DNA of 64,000 nucleotides from Giardia intestinalis (Eukaryota): NCBI GenBank assembly GCA_000002435.2, contig CM018792.1; one strand, 5' to 3'. Shown piece by piece: positions 62,501 to 64,000 of this stretch (position 1 is its first letter; each line of letters starts with the position of its first letter). The notes under the pieces were generated by a model. It saw only the letters and a program-made list of their open reading frames with translations, ran no database searches and was not told where the DNA came from. The position numbers and the translations under genes were made by a program.

Positions 62501-64000
62501 ACGTCTGGCCCTCGGGCCGTCACGTATGCGCGTGCTACCATGGAATTGCCGAGTCTTCGCGCGATTGGAGGCCAGAGAGCACGAAGCATTCTTTGTCAGT
62601 GGGTGGATGTCCGACTTACGTGCCGTGCAGACGACATTCTACACTTCGTTTTCGAGAAGATGTTCGTCCTGGACCCGACAGAGCGATCCACAGCCGGAGG
62701 GCTCCCTGGGTTGTTCTGAATGCTTAGTGCCTCTACAGCGGCAGATTGCTCTTTTCATCAAGACCGGCTTGCCAGCTGCTGTCCGAGTAGGTCCCTGTCC
62801 GAGCCGCCACGCCGGGCCTCTGCTCACCCGCGCCTGGGGCCAGGGCCAGGGCTCGCAAGTAGGAGGCCTCCAGCTCTGCGGGAGAAGAGCCCTGTGCTTC
62901 CTCCGAGGCGACCACGGAGCAGCGCAGAGCCCGGGGCTGGCGACGCGGGTGCCCTGTGGACGCCTGGCTCGGGCAGAAGCGGACCGAGCTCCTGGCTCAC
63001 AAGGCAGCGGCGGTTGGGAGTCCACCACAAGCAGCTGCGCGGTGCCCGACGCCTCACCATGAGATGGGACACACGAGCAGGCTGCCGAGCGAAACGACCT
63101 CGTGGTGAACAACAACTCGTACATGGACCGTGCCCTGACCGCTCTGGTGCTTCAGATAACACCCCTCGGAGAGCTGCGGCCAGACCAGCCTCTTCAACTG
63201 AACGACTCATGACTCCATGTGCGCTCTGCGGCACGGATGAGTGCAGACCACACCAGCCCAGCACACTGCACAGTGATGCGCCTGAGATTGTATGACCACC
63301 TGGCGCCACAGGAGTGCACTGCGGTCTATGAGCAGAATGGTAGGCCGGGCAGGAGGCAGGCTAGGGTCGGGCATCTTCCTCTGCGCCAACCAGGGGTCGA
63401 CATGGGGGTCCACGGGCACATGCTGCGGTCCAGGAGGACGCATGGCGAGTGCATCCCGACAGCAGGATCGATGGTGCACTTCATGAGGAGGCACATGAGG
63501 ACTCCGAGTAGACATGCAGAGGCCATGGCGTATGTGGTCTTCGTCCTTGAGCACTGTTCCCAAGGCTAGGCCGCCGCAACTGACAGCTGGGCCCTGGAGG
63601 AGCGCTGCTTGCCAGGCGCCAGGCAGCTGGCCCCCACGGAGGTTAGCGAAAGAAGGGAGAAGCCCCTGGAAGATGCTGCGAGGAGCCTGCAGTGGCTCCC
63701 AAGCGAGATGAACATAAAGTCCTTCTTCCCTTCAGAACTAGATGGCGTCTAACCTCCGGGTTCTGGAGTCTGGATTTGGAGTGGTGAGCGAGCAAGAGAC
63801 CTCCTCACCAGGGCAGGAGGGCCTCATATGACGAGCGGTTTACTCGGCAGAAGACATGATCAGCGCTGGTGATATGTAGTATCGGCGCTTCGTCTACCGG
63901 CCTTAGAGCGTTTACTCTGAGAGGAGGGCAATTATCTCATGGCGCCTCCATAGCTTGGCCATGTCAAGGGCAGTTTCGTCCATATTATCTCTAATATTCT
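59508..64000. other. GC-rich (about 60-65%) stretch with no credible gene, running to the window end.
   Basis: Many overlapping ORFs of 60-200 aa appear in all six frames, as expected from GC-rich non-coding sequence. They translate to P/R/A/G-rich products with no domain signatures and show no consistent codon periodicity. Confidence 0.5.

Noticed and set aside
59508-64000. Possibility that the GC-rich terminal block is subtelomeric rDNA or a telomere.
   Set aside because: I could not find the conserved SSU 5'/3' end motifs (for example the gatcctgcc / gaacctgcgg type), 5.8S or LSU signature blocks, or TAGGG repeats. Composition alone is not sufficient evidence.
1-64000. Prokaryotic-style systems (operons, CRISPR arrays, RM or defence islands) suggested by the ORF-track format.
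   Set aside because: The sequence has eukaryotic diplomonad hallmarks: ankyrin/TALM and VSP families, proteasome, SMC, ribosomal S15a, and AGTAAAY poly(A) signals. No direct-repeat/spacer arrays or Shine-Dalgarno-linked operon structure are present.

Overview
This 64 kb window looks like nuclear DNA from a diplomonad, most likely Giardia intestinalis or a close relative, judged from the sequence alone. Five things support that. First, ankyrin-repeat proteins carry the TALM(x)AA repeat signature of the Giardia 'Protein 21.1' family. Second, cysteine-rich CXXC surface proteins end in a transmembrane helix plus the ...CRGKA tail of Giardia variant-specific surface proteins (VSPs). Third, AGTAAAY polyadenylation signals sit at or within about 40 nt of stop codons. 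Fourth, AT-rich initiator-like tracts lie immediately upstream of ATGs. Fifth, genes are intronless and tightly packed, often with only tens of bp between them. Several ORFs in the supplied track begin on GTG/TTG; I moved those starts to the first in-frame ATG that also has an AT-rich upstream tract. From 1 to about 47.8 kb the region is gene-dense: a tandem array of seven ankyrin/coiled-coil genes, three of which end in a Mind-bomb-type RING finger; a stefin-type cystatin; a cytosolic iron-sulfur assembly WD40 protein (CIA1-like); a Na+/H+ exchanger; a tRNA-Val; an AccD/AccA-pyruvate carboxyltransferase-biotin carrier fusion with no biotin-carboxylase domain; proteasome beta3; an SMC1-like ATPase; ribosomal protein S15a; leucine carboxyl methyltransferase; and a DHHC palmitoyltransferase. 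Near the start of the window there is also a 1.4 kb island at about 70% GC, holding one ORF with extreme GC3 and a Myb/SANT-like signature. From 47.8 kb onward the character changes to a VSP/high-cysteine-membrane-protein locus. A 4.4 kb stretch with no credible ORF leads into an intact VSP. That is followed by a GC-rich spacer, a large high-cysteine membrane protein, a frameshifted VSP pseudogene, and then more than 4.4 kb of GC-rich sequence with no credible gene running to the window end. I found no prokaryotic systems such as CRISPR or operons, and no rDNA or telomere repeats.
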